Shown here piece after piece: positions 11,801-25,500 of a stretch of DNA of 64,000 bases. The stretch is from positions 40,426,001 through 40,490,000 of the forward strand of contig NC_087245.1 in the NCBI RefSeq assembly GCF_037042905.1, given 5' to 3'. Both the position numbers and the translations under genes were made by a program. Within the stretch, counting starts at the first letter, position 1, and every line of letters starts with the position of its first letter. The notes under the pieces were generated by a model, which was given only the letters and a program-made list of their open reading frames with translations, was not told the origin of the DNA and ran no database searches. The stretch is from Lytechinus pictus (Eukaryota).

Positions 11801-14800
11801 CACTAATTTAGATTTCTAAATCATTCACACCTCGCATTTTGGACATTTTAGCGAAATGGCGAAATGAGTAATTACAAAACCATCCAGGTGATATACAGAT
11901 AGTTAATATTACAGGAAAAGTAAAAAATTGTAATTCATAGTGCATTAAAAATTTCATTATTGACTTGTTTAGGCCATAATTCCACAGAGAGAAGAACTTT
12001 GAAGGACCAAAAATTGGCAAGGTCTTACAGCAGTCTCCAAGATCACTGAAATTTGTCATGTCTGTTGAATAACTCAGAAAGAATCCTCAAAGAACTCTGA
12101 AAGACTGTTTGATATTTCTTGTCTTAGACCAGTCTTATATATAACTTTCAATTGTCTTTCAGAGATATTTTATGCAACAAGTGATCTTTCAGAGTTCTTT
12201 CCATGAAATTTTCCTTTCATGGATCTTTAATGATCTCTCATGAGTCTTACAATCATCTCCGCAAAAATCTTAAGAGACTGTCGAAAGATCATGGAAAGAC
12301 TAATAAGAACTTTGAAAGGTCATCGAAAGACCGCTGGAAGACCACCAAAAGACCATTTTCTTGAAAGACCGCTGAAAGATTGTTTTGAACCGTTTCAAAA
12401 AGTTTTGGGAATCACGAAGACCACAAAGATCACCGAAAGATCCATCAGGAATCGTGAAAGACCACGGAGATCTTTGAAAGTTCGTTGAAAGGCTCTTGAC
12501 AGATCAAGCAAGTTTCATGGTCTTACAGCAGTCTTTCAGAGGTCTTGCTCTCTGTGGAATGGGGGTTTAAGAAGCAGATTGCAACATTACTTCCAAGGTG
12601 GAAAGAGGTTGAATAATTACGCATTCAACTTTTTTACAAGGCAAATATATGAAAAATACGAAATGGTTTAGAATGGAATTTTCTGTTACTTCTTTACCTT
12701 CTTCACTAATATCAACTATACCATTCAGAAAGTAAGATAAGATAAATAAAAATATACATTTAGAATATTTCTTTCTTTGGGAGTATTGTATCGAAGACTC
12801 CCAAACCTATCCACTTGAAAAAAGTGTAATTGATATTCCTTACGGCAGTTATCTTCATCGGATCCATCCGGGCAGTCCATCCGACCATCACAAACAAACC
12901 GATCTGTCGATTCAAAACCATCACAGCTATCTAGAAAATTGAGGATAGAAAACATATCTATACAATAAAACACGTAAATGATATCGATCCATAATGGAGG
13001 CGATTGGGACATTGATCGCACTTTAAACGCTGAATTTTATTTTGGTCAGAAAATTAATTAACACCATCGGCGCTCTATATTATTTTCCTAAAACAAACTA
13101 TGTGAAAACATTACACGGTGGGTAAAGGATAATTGGCAAGGCAAAAGAAAATAGACCTTTTAATCATTCAACATTAAACGCAAAACATTCTTGAAAGAAC
13201 AGATACTGCCTCCACAGTCCATCCACCGTGTGTTCATAGTGTGGAAGACATTGACAATTTGAAATCATATTCACCTCATACGGAATACGGAGTTACTTTA
13301 CTATGTGAACACACTGAACTTTCACACTGAAGACATGTCCACACTGGAATTTTCTTCACATTTCGAGCCTGTTAGCAATGTTATGTGAATACACTGTGTG
13401 ACAATGTGGCCTTTTAAAAATGGGCAGGCCTATGCTCATCTAGTCTCTTGGGAACATAAGGGTTCATGAATCAATATAACCCTGCTGGAAAGAACACTGT
13501 GTCACACAGTGGGTGATTTCAAGTCCGGTGTTGGCGTTGGTGTTGGAATTTGGATTGCTTCCCCTAGCTCCAAAACCTGTTCTGAGTTTGTAAAACTGAT
13601 CTAGATCACACTATTGACACCTCAACAACTAGTGAGTGACTTTTCAGGACCATCTTCATTCCATGTTTGGTGTTATATACTCGTGTAAAAATTGACCTCA
13701 CACCAACACCAAAAGGACAACACTGAACTTGATATCACTCACTGTTCGACTCTGTGAACATGTGATTAACGCTGTTGAAATGGTCAAATATAACGGTGTG
13801 AAAGTGATTTCACATTGTGTTCCACACTGTGATGACACTGTGGCACTCACTGTGGGACACTGTGGCACTCACTGTGGGACACTGTGTTTTTTCCAGTAGG
13901 GAAATTGAATTAATTGCCTTACTTTTTATGTCCGTGCAGCTATCTTCATCTTCACCCTCATCACAATCTTTTATGACGTCACAGCGGTATTCTTGTTTGA
14001 TGCATTTTCCATCGTTGCACGCAAAACCAGAGTCTTCGCATATGACTGTGTTCAAAGGACACGTTTATCATAATAGATAACATATGAAAGAAAAACCCAC
14101 ATTAATTGTGCTCCCATCCTTTCATTTCAAATTGAAATGAAATACTGTATAACAAAGATCATACCATTTCATTTAGATGGCCACAAAATAAAATAAACAT
14201 CTAAAAGAGACAATGCAAAGTTGTACTCATCGCGAAAACAGTCACAGTTACAAAGGTCATCACTCATGACTTAAATATGGAACAGATTGAGGCAAAAAAA
14301 AATGATTGAACCACGTGACATCAAATATTGCTCAAGTTCCTATCTATGATAAAGTACGGAAGTCTATTGGAAAATATACTATGAAACTTAAAGCAAGTAC
14401 ATTTTTATCGAATCAAAGTAAATTATAATTGAATCATCGATGATAAGCTAGGGAAGATTATGCATCATCTCGAAATCACCTGCAAAATCACCATTCACAG
14501 AAATTTGAAGATGTTCTCGAAACGACTTCAATACAAACGGCTCTATCTTGTCAGAATTTATTTATTTATGTATTTATTCATTGATTCGTTTATTTATTTA
14601 TCTATTTTGCATCCTTTAAACAGGGTAGCCCCGTCAGTATCAAGATACTGTTTACTTGGCCCTGTACAACATAATCAAACAAAAATGCATGGCACATAAA
14701 CAAGATGGAAGTTGCAAATTAAAAGTTATACAGTGCGTCCCACAAAAAAACGAAACCGAGATTTATCAATGATTTATCATAACTTAATCACAAATACAAA

Positions 14801-16020
14801 AGACAAATGACCTACCATTGTAAAGCTTAGAATCTCCTCTTTCATCTGAAATTTCTTAGATTATTCACGCATGAGTGACCAAAAACAATTTGAAGAGGGG
14901 ATACCAAAAAGTCATTTGGCGGGCTGTATCTGGGTTTCAAAAAGAAAACAACATTTCCAAAAAGTTCAATATCTGTTCTTTAATTTGATACCTCAATTAC
15001 AGAAAATGGTCAAGAAATAACAAAGTTCTGGTTATTTGAAATAAGGCTTGAATTTCAATAATTTCATAAAATGAGGAGGTTTTACAGGCTACAGCGTTCA
15101 AACTCACTCGACACTCCGTTTTGTTGACGATCAGCCATGCATTGAGTCTTTTGTTAACCATGCGATAGCTTTTGTGGGAAACCGGTGAAAACAGGAAATA
15201 AAAGCATTGTTTCGAGGGAACATAACTTTCTTACTTCTTGACCATTTTTTGTGATTAAGGTATCAAATAAAAGAGCAGATATTGAACTTTTTAGGCATGT
15301 GATTTTCTTTTTAAAATTCAGATACCCCCCGCCAAATGAGTTTTTGATTTCCTTTCTTCAAATTGTTTTTGCTCACTCATGCGTGAATGAGGAATAATCT
15401 AAGTAATATCAGATGAAAGAGGGGATTCTAAGCTTTACATTGGTAGGTCATTTGTCTATTGTATTTATGATCAAGTTATGATAAATCATCGCTTAATCTC
15501 GGTTTCGTTTTTTCTGATGGGACGCACTTTATATCATAGCTGTTGAAAATGAAATTTGATCGATTTTCCATACCTGGAGCCTTAGTAAAAGTCGATTTTG
15601 CTTCCGTCGTCATGAGTCCGTGCACTGTTATCGACGGTGGTCGCGTCGTCGTTGGCATCGGATTCGTTGTGGGCATGCTAGTCGTTGTGGTGACGCTGCA
15701 ACTTGATATATTGACTGCGCATGTGCCATCTGGGCATGTGACTTGTCCTGGATCACATGTGGTTTCTAAAATTAAAAAATACGACAAAATGAGAATGTGT
15801 TATGGAAATGAAGTTAATTTCTTGAATCTTGAGCAATGTTCGACCGAGACAGCCTACAAATCCTCCTTTATTGGTACACCACATATTACATTCCCATTTA
15901 TAAGATACCCTCGCCTATATGGCAGAATAAGTCATAGTAGTAGATGTAGTAATAGTAGTAGTAGTGGTGGTGGTGGTGGTGGTAGTAGTGGTAGTAGTAG
16001 TAGTAGTAGTACTAGTACTT

Positions 16021-16099
<79 letters not shown>

Positions 16100-16139
16100 A
16101 GTAGTAGTAGTAGAAGTAGTAGTATTAGTAGTAGTAGAC

Positions 16140-16205
<66 letters not shown>

Positions 16206-16242
16206 ATAGTAGTAGAAGTAGAAGTAGTAGTAGTAGTAGTAA

Positions 16243-16298
<56 letters not shown>

Positions 16299-16527
16299 AT
16301 AATAGTTATAGTAGTAGTAGTAGTAGTAGTAGTAGTAATAGTAGTAATAGTAGCACTGGCGTACCTAGGATTTTCCAAGATTTTCGTCAGGGGGGGCAAA
16401 AAGGTCTTTCAAGCTCGTCAGGGGGGCAGGGATACATGCATGGGTGGTGGCTTTGCATGGGTGGTGGCTCGTCAGGGGGGGGGCAGACTGCCCCTCTGCC
16501 CCCCCCCCCCGTAGGTACGCTAGTGAA

Positions 16528-16568
<41 letters not shown>

Positions 16569-19500
16569 ATAGTAGTAATAGTAGTAGTAATAGTAGTATA
16601 AGTAGTAGTAGGAGTAGTAGTAGTAGTAGTAGTAGTAGTAATAGTAATAGTAGTATTAGTAGAAGGAGTAGTAGTAGTTATAGTAGTAGTAGTAGTAGTA
16701 TAGTAGTTATCGTTTTTGTTGTTGTTCGTCGATGTAGCTGTGTTAAGTTTAATGCCAAATACATTGCTTGCAGTACACTTGCTTAACACTCCGCTTAATC
16801 CACACATCCTATATATTTTTTCTCGGTCAGAAAGTTCTCCTTCCACTCCGTTCCTTCAAAATATGCAACCTTACAGTCCCTGCTTCCCGTGCATGGGTGG
16901 GTTCTATTCAAATATTATCATAAAGGGATTTTTGAAATATTTTGAATGGTCCATCTTTCTCTATGAAAAAAGTGAAAACATCACTCACCGCAATTTTGCT
17001 CATCCTCATCATTAGCGCAGTCTGGTGTGCCATCGCATAACTTATCCAGTGAGATACAACGTTTGTCAGTACACTGATGGTATCTTCCGGGACAAGCTGA
17101 AATAAAGAATCATTATGAAAAGAAAAGCGAGCATAAACATGATAAAAGATGACAATTCCTATCCACTTTCTTTTTCAATTCTCCAGTTATCGGGTTATAA
17201 CTACCATAATTTGTAAAGTCCTTTGTTACAACAGACGTCGTTTCACTTGAAGCAAATCTACTGTACCAACTCGTAGTTTCAAAGGTATTTTTGTTTAGTT
17301 TAGAATTCCTGAAATATTCATTTCAATATTTGGGCTCAAGTAGGGTTCGTTCCGTTCGTGTAATCGATTGGCATAAAGGGATACAATCAAATTTTGAAAC
17401 TCAATGCGGTGGAGTTATAATGATAATAATAATAATAGTCAGTTCTTGTATAGCGCATAACACATTATGAATAACGTCTCTATGCGCTTCCAAAGGACTT
17501 GGATATTATTACCCTGGTTGTAGCTCAAGCAGCTTTTACGCGCTCGGTATTTCAAGGAATAAATTCCTGCCAGGTACCCATTCACCTCCACTGGGTTGAG
17601 TGAAGCACAAACTGGATTAATTTCTTGCTGAAGGAAACTACGCCATGGCTGGGATTTGAACCCACGACCCTCTGTTTCAAAGTCCGGAGACTAATCTACT
17701 GGCCAGGGCCACAACGTTCCACGTTATAACATGATAAACTGACCTGGGCAATTTTGTTCGTCACTTCCGTCTGAGCAATCGTCACTTCCGTCACAGGTCA
17801 GCCATCCGGGTATGCAGGTCGAGTTCGGACATTGAAATTGCCAGCTTGCACATGCTGATGGTGATAAGCAGTAAAAACATTATAGAAAACACTCTCATTT
17901 CTCTTGTCTTAAAGGTATTGTTTAATTTTGTGAGCAGCCGATTTAAAAAATTCTCAAACCAAGATGAAACATGTGTACAAGTGCATGTATCAGAACTAAT
18001 AAACCCTGAAAACAACCATTATTGAGAATGAAAAGCTAAAACTACAAGGCAAACCCCGATTTTGTAAATAGGCGTCTTATAGACGCCTAAATAGTACACA
18101 TAAGTGTATGGGATGAAATTAAGATGGTGTTTTCGGTCACTTTATATTTCAATTTTTGAAGCACTAAATAATTATTTTCGAACGCAATTTTTTCCGGGCT
18201 TCATTTTTGTAGCATGTCACAGACACAGGTGACAAGTGTGACCTTCTGGCTCAGATTTTTTAAAAGTCAAATCAATGTTAACCAATCACTTTAAGAATAA
18301 GATGCAGATCGAAATCGAATAGTTATCAAATATTCGTTTATTTCAATCGATAAAATATACTGCAAAGCAACTAGTAGAAGAGGTGATATTTCCCATTTTT
18401 CTTACGAAAGGTATTGTATATCATTCCTATCTATTGTTAATAACACTGAATACAATATTGTAATGTTTTATTCCCCGTATACTCATGAGAGATGGTAACA
18501 ATTATTCACGAAGTATAATCCTACGATTTTTTTTATTGTATGTTTTTAAGATTAATTTGTTAATATGAGATGAATGCACATGAACGGAGGCTTAGTTTTC
18601 AGAATATATTGAGTTTTTGCTGTATTATCCTGTTGCATTAGATATTTATTTTGTTATATTGTATAGTTTATTCATCTTAACGAAGGAAAGTCCCAGCCAA
18701 TTACTTACTGCAGTCCGCTTCATCTTCGCCGTCCGTACACTCGGCTATCCCATTGCACTTGTTGTTTGTGTGTATACATTTCCCATCGTTACAGGCGTAC
18801 TGGAAAGGCAGGCATACTTTTAGATAAGTAGATAAATTAAATTTAAATTCAATCAAAAGTTTACAAATGTTGGACTAAATTTTCGCATAATTTGGAGTTG
18901 ATATACGTTTAACGAAATGCATTAGATAAAAAACAGAAGGGAAATTTTGGGATGTATTCCTATTTCATCACCTGCATGCAAGCCACTGGTATTGAATAAC
19001 ATTTAAAAAAATAATTGAATTTCATTGGGCAGAATCAAGCGTACCCTATAACGCTACGCCCCTCCCCTATATCAACTTTCCAGTGATATCAGCATTAGAT
19101 ATGAACATGTTAGAAATTAATGATAATTCATTTCTGTCATCAGAGGGAAATGGTGGAGAAGAGGGGAAGGGCACGCACATCCCCATCCACCCCACGCATA
19201 CTCACCCTCACACACACCTACACACACCCTCCCACACAACCAACCCACCCACAAACACACCCTCACACACACATCAGGCCTATTACAGAATACAATCTCG
19301 TAGCTAGAGGGGTTTGGAGGCTAGATCGAACTCCGTAAATTTTCCAAAGCTAGCAAAATAGGGGAGGAAAACAGTGTTCCTTGGACAAAATACCAAACAA
19401 TTTTGACTGATGATCCTTTTTAACTTTTTGTTTTGCTCATCAATTTCTTTCAGACAAAAGGCCCAACACTTATGACTGATGACTTTTTTTTGCTCGTCAA

Positions 19501-22500
19501 ATTTTCTAGTGAAGGATATAAATGTATCGAATTGCCGCCTAATTGAAAACCCTGGTTACGGTGACGGAATACAGTATATTGTATGTTGATAACTGTAATT
19601 TTAAAAGGCCTCTCCGCATTGCAATCGTCAAAAACGTATGTTTAATATATTGGCACATTTATAAAGTATAATATACTGATGGGGTGACTATATCTCGCAT
19701 CGAAGTTATTAAATAGATGTTTTAGAATCGGTTGAAATTTTCTTCCTGAAAATCTGGCTAGAATAAAAAGTGGGGAAAAGGGAAAGAAATGAATATGAAC
19801 ATCACAGGTTTAGTCTTTTCCATTATACATTGCTGGGTCTTCCATGGGGAGCGCTTACCCCTTTGACCCGCCACTTTAGCGTAATTATGATTTATTTCTC
19901 GAGATGTAATTTCAACATTTGACATGACCCCTTATTTGAGAGTGTATCTTGCTATAGAATTCAAAATTGCAAGATATTGTTTTTTTTATCAAATCTCACA
20001 AATTTTTGCTTCTCCCAAACATTCGCCACTTACCACAATTCTGCTCCTCATCGCTGTTATCTATGCAGTCGTTGAAGCCATCACAAACATAACTCGGACG
20101 GATTTTATTGCCATTGTTGCAGACGAAAGCTGTCACGAAGAGATTGAATACATGGAAAGCGAAATAATAAATATTCTTTAGCCATGAAGTAATTTCCTTA
20201 AAGTATACATCCAAAGAAAATTCACGAAAGTGATGATTATAGACAAATTATATATGAATGGAAAGGTCTTGTCTTTTTATACACAAATATGTCACTAAAA
20301 AGTCTTATTGATGTCGTGGAAATGCAAGAAATGAAATTATTAGAGACCCTTCTCAGCCCCCCAGCCGCCCCCATAACGCGATCAAATACAGTCGAGAATA
20401 ATGACGTCACATGATGATCGACTCACTCAGCTCAGCCGCTCTCTAGCTCTGTGCAAGCCAGCAGTACACTGATAGCTGATTCACCTTCCTGGTCTCTATT
20501 TTTCTTCGAATTTACCGTTTTCTTCATGTATTGTGATATCCGAGTTCTGTTTTCGACAACTTCAGACTATAAGGGAACCAGAACTGTGTTATTTTGCCCG
20601 GTTTTTATTGAATTGTGAACTGGAAAGATCGATTTTGTCCACTTGACAGTCTTCGTTGTGTTGCTCTACTAACTATGGAAAAACTCCAAGCTGCACGGTC
20701 CCATTCACTTGCTCCCGATGCATGTTGCAGGTTACGCTGTTTGATCCAGTCAAAAGTCAAGGTAAGCATGAACTTTGGAAACTGTACTTGTTCTGACGAT
20801 GCATTCACGTCAGATGACAGATACAGATCTGATATAAGTTTAGAATCATGCATTTTGGCATAACTACTATTAAAATTAAAAAGTCTTTATTTTAGAAATA
20901 ATGTTTTTGCACAATTCCAGGAATCCAGCAGATTTTTTTCTTCAGATTTCTAAAACTGGCCGGGACTCAGGCAGGCGATTAAATTATTTAGGAGCACTGG
21001 TATGGACCATGGCTGAAAATCTGCTGTTTCAGAGGAATGTTTAAGTTTTTATTATACACAGAAATATATCACCATGATGCCGATGTCATGAAGCCAGAAA
21101 AATTTTCAGCAGTGATTACCCTGATTCCTGGCCAAAATCACTAACACGTATTGCGAGGTTAGTATTAGTATACTAACCTCGCACCACGAACCGCGTTTGG
21201 CAGTGGATTTCCAACTAGTGGGTCGCGCGTGCTGGGATCTCACTTCTTGGGTCCACAACACACGACTTCTATGGCTTGAATTTTCTGTGTGCGGCGGCAT
21301 GTAATGAACCCTTGGGTGGGCCAAAATTAGAGTCTGGTGTTTCTTTCTGATTAGAGTGTTGCTGCATATATGCATGCGTAATGCCTTCAACAATGAAGAT
21401 AAATGCAATCTTTGTAATGACACAGAGACTCAGAGAGCACCGTACCTCAAGTGATGTTCGTGTAGTCTCCACTTCACTACTGCTACAGCCTACACTACGC
21501 TACACACCGGCCCGGGTAGGTGTGGCGTACATGTACGGTAGTGTAGCGGTAGTGAAGTGGAGTGGGGCCTACACAAACATCACTTGAGGTAGAGCACCAG
21601 TGTTCTGAGTGGAACTTTTCAGGTGTCTAAACCTACTATCATTTGTTGTTGACCGGGAATTACATGCCACCGCACGTCATCAATCATCACGATAATTAAA
21701 TTCATACTTTGATTTGATTATTTAAACTATTTCTTTTTTTCTCTCTTCTACACACAGATCTGCACACTTGCTGACTCTGGTGACTTCTGGTCTCTGCTTG
21801 CTACCTCAATCTGGGAGATTCAATCATGTCCTTTTACTATGATTTGGATATAGCCATTTTTTTCTTCACTCTTTCCAGGACCTACGGTTTGCAAATTGTG
21901 GACTAATAATGATACAAAAGAAAAATTTTCTTTATCAATCTTGGAAACAATTTTGAGCACAGTTTTGGAGAGAACTAATAAATTTGACTTGGACAGGAAT
22001 ACAGCTTGTCAAAAATAATAACACACAATTTAAAACGAAAGAACAATTTTAATGTTACTAGGGCATTCTGCGAGAAATGTTATACTCAATCACACGTCCC
22101 AAATCAAGGGTAAGTCCTTTGATTAAACATGTAGTTGAATTGCGATTGCAACTCGACCTTATTACGCTTGAATTTGAATTTAAGACTTACGCTTGATTTG
22201 CAATTGAACATAAGTTTCTTGCAGTGCCCCATAATTATGTTTTGTTATCAGATATTTAACGTGCTGATTTTTCTCGAAAGGTATAATATATTTGTCCTTT
22301 TAAACGGTATTTGAATATGGGTACGCCTTTTATTTGTTTTCCACAATATTTATTGCATGTATGAACAGAAGTGAAATATTTATTGTGAAGCACTGTGAAT
22401 GTTGTGTGCTGTTGTGTGATGGTTCATCATTTTTGTTATAAGACTGAAAGCCTGGTGGATGTGAGGAAGTGGCCTGGATGAAAGAAAAGTGAACATGTGT

Positions 22501-25500
22501 CCAATTACTGATTTGCATATTCTAAGACAATTTTGTTTCTGGATAAATTTTGCTATGCATTCCCTACATTAAGAGTAAAGGAGAAGTCCACGCAATCAAA
22601 AATTTTGATTTTTGATTCGAACTTTGATTCAAATTTATATAATTACTATTTTAACAGTTCCGTAAATATAACCTATTGTGATCAGATGAAGAGTTTCCTA
22701 TCGTCAAATCTGCAAAGAATAAAAAACAAAATGCCACAAAAAATAGAAACGAATGTGATGTGAGTGACAACTCTAATTTGCATATCATTGTTTTGTGTAT
22801 ATGACTGTTTTGAGTAAAAACAACAAGGGAAATTACTCTATTCAAATAATTTTAGTTGATGTGGACTTGACTTTTAACTCTACCCCTCCCATCCCAAATA
22901 AGAGTAGAAATAATCTAATCAAGAACTTGAAAATCAAAAGCAGCAATTAAGAAGCAAGATTTGATAAATACAAGTCTGAATAAAATTTCACAAGAAAATA
23001 AAAAGAGAAAAAAAGATGGGTAGGGACGGGGGAGGAATAAAAAAAAAATGCCCAGAAAAAAAAATCCGAGTTTCGAACCAGGGTCCTCGCACATGACAAA
23101 ACAATGGCCAACGCATTTGGCCACAGACCATTGCCCTCCCGGAATGGCATTTTTAAGATATATGAAATAAAGTCCGCTCGCCGCTGTTGCCTAATAATGC
23201 TTCGGCAATTCAACTGCAATTTCAGTCATTTCGCGATGGATATTGCCGTGTTTTTTTTGTGGTTCCTGACTTTGCTACTTAATGAAATTTCATAATTTTT
23301 GTTCAGTCATAAAGAAGAATGTCTATGCTTTATATTGATTATAATATTAATGTGACGCAAGTGTGATTTCTACGTGAAAATATGCTTTGTTTATTCACAT
23401 ATATTTCTTGAAAAAAAAAAAAATAAATTCTAAGCTAAATATCGGTTACCAAAATACGTTAAATGTGCACTTTTTTTCACTGTTCAGTAAATTCAAACTT
23501 TTATCTATATAACAAGACCAATATTAAGAGCAATAAACAATTCTAAGAGCAAAAAACGCTGATTGGAAAGATCGTCTCCAATGGGCTGCTGTCCACTGTA
23601 AAAAAAATACCGCCCTATTTACTTAATTCAATTATGTTAAGAAACTGCCTTAATTTGTTCGAGTATTTATGAGTTATGGCAGTTTTAAGTAAAATTTACT
23701 TATTTTCTTTGCATCCATTTTACTCAAAATTAAGTTACAATAATTAAGTTACAATAACTTAATTCAATTAAGTAAAACAATCACTAAAATATTTGAAAAA
23801 AATCAAATGGGGGAGTGGACTTTCGGGATTCCGCTCCCCCATCGTCCCACTTGGTGGCATCATTTTCATCTTAGACATGATATATCCGAATATTAGACTT
23901 TGTGCATTGTCACTTACCTGTACATGTACATGTACAGGTACTGACATTGATATTTATATGTGATCGTTTCATTCTTACAAATAAAACAGTGAGAATAATA
24001 ATTTATAAGCATCGAAAACCTAAAAAGCAATCTGAAATTTTCTGCTAAATGACTTTTAATGTTGCTCTTTCTTTGATTCAACATAAGAAAAAAATAGTTA
24101 GCACACCCTTATCCAAAACAATTTCAAACACAAATAGATATGACAATTATTAATAAAAAAAACATTTACTTGCTCTAATGAATATTCATGCATTATTTAA
24201 ATATGGCGTTAATTGAAAAATATAAGTACATTCAACTTGATTTTATAAGTAATACTCATCTTTGCCTAATTGAGTTAGATTTACTCAATCAAAGCAAGCT
24301 ATCAATACGTGAATTTTCTTTAATGTATATTGAACCCAAATAAATCAAGTAAATCAAGTAAATTAAACGACAAGTTAAAACTACTTAAAAAAAAACGAAA
24401 AATAATTACAAATTGTAAATTCTACTTAAATACATTAAGTGTTAATTACCGATTCAGATTTTTTTTTTTACAGTGTGTCAGCTCAGCTGCTCACTGCTCA
24501 TTGTGTGACGTCACTCAGCTGGAGCTCGCAAGAGGACCGGTGGAAGGCAGAAATATGGCATGAAAATAAATCATTTTTGAGAGCTGATTTCTGCAAACTC
24601 TGATCACTATTTTGAAAAGTGAAGTTATATATCTGATTAGTAATACTTCCCCTTTACAATGATGACCACATAAAGTCATTATAAAATACTTTTGATTCTT
24701 CGGATGTATACTTTAAGCAAGGAATTGAGCCACATCGAGCCACATTTTTTTTAAACTAAAAGCTTTTTAAAGCAGCTGCGCCAAAGCCGCGAACCACTGA
24801 ACAGACAACTACATAATCGGCGCCTCGTAAATACTATTCAACACGGAGTATTTGAATAATAAATTACTGAAATGATAAATACAATATGATTTACAATGAA
24901 AATTAACTGAGAGATATGGTTTAATACGAATCATTATGAAAAGGGTGGTCGAACTTATTGAAAGATGTTTTTCATGAGGGACTTAAATGGTTAAATTTGA
25001 GTTTTGGTGATCATTACACTTTGTTTTTTCAATGCCGGTAAATAATCAACAGTCAGAAAATTCAGTGGTTAGAAACAGCTATATTATGCACCTTACAAAA
25101 TGTTATAATAATAATAAGAATAATAATAATAAATATTATTATTATCATTTAAGGAATTTCTAATGATTGGGTTAGATGAGGAACGAATGTAAGTACAACA
25201 AGATCTATTTATTATACTGACACCAACGCCCTATAGCTGGATAATACTTACTGCAATTGACTTCGTCGTCCATACAAGCTACCTTTCTGTTACAGATCTG
25301 TGTTCTAACGAGGCAGTGTCCATCTCCGCAGCGCTCGTACCATGGATCGGGACATTCTTAATGACAATAATATTATAGAATGACAGTCATGATCAACTAT
25401 ATATTAGCAAAACGATTATTTTCAACTGTAAACAAAGTGCATGTAATAAAGTGTGATAAAAAAAACAAGATTTCAATCGGATGCGCTCCATCCGGTAAAG

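Larger units (their letters stand above)
20202..24712. mobile_element. Kolobok-like DNA transposon relic (TTAA TSD, 17-bp TIR) with THAP-like remnant and nested MITEs
   Basis: TTAA|AGTATACATCCAAAGAA ... TTCTTCGGATGTATACT|TTAA. The minus-strand frame at about 21370-21175 reads CSN...HYMP...RVLWTQEVR...[13 protein letters not shown] (THAP-like spacing). Confidence 0.75.

Noticed and set aside
15543..16846. Long ORFs rich in poly-Ser, poly-Val, poly-Thr or poly-Leu (e.g. 323 aa at 15543-16514)
   Set aside because: Translations of the (TAG)n microsatellite plus the antisense of a real exon; not proteins.
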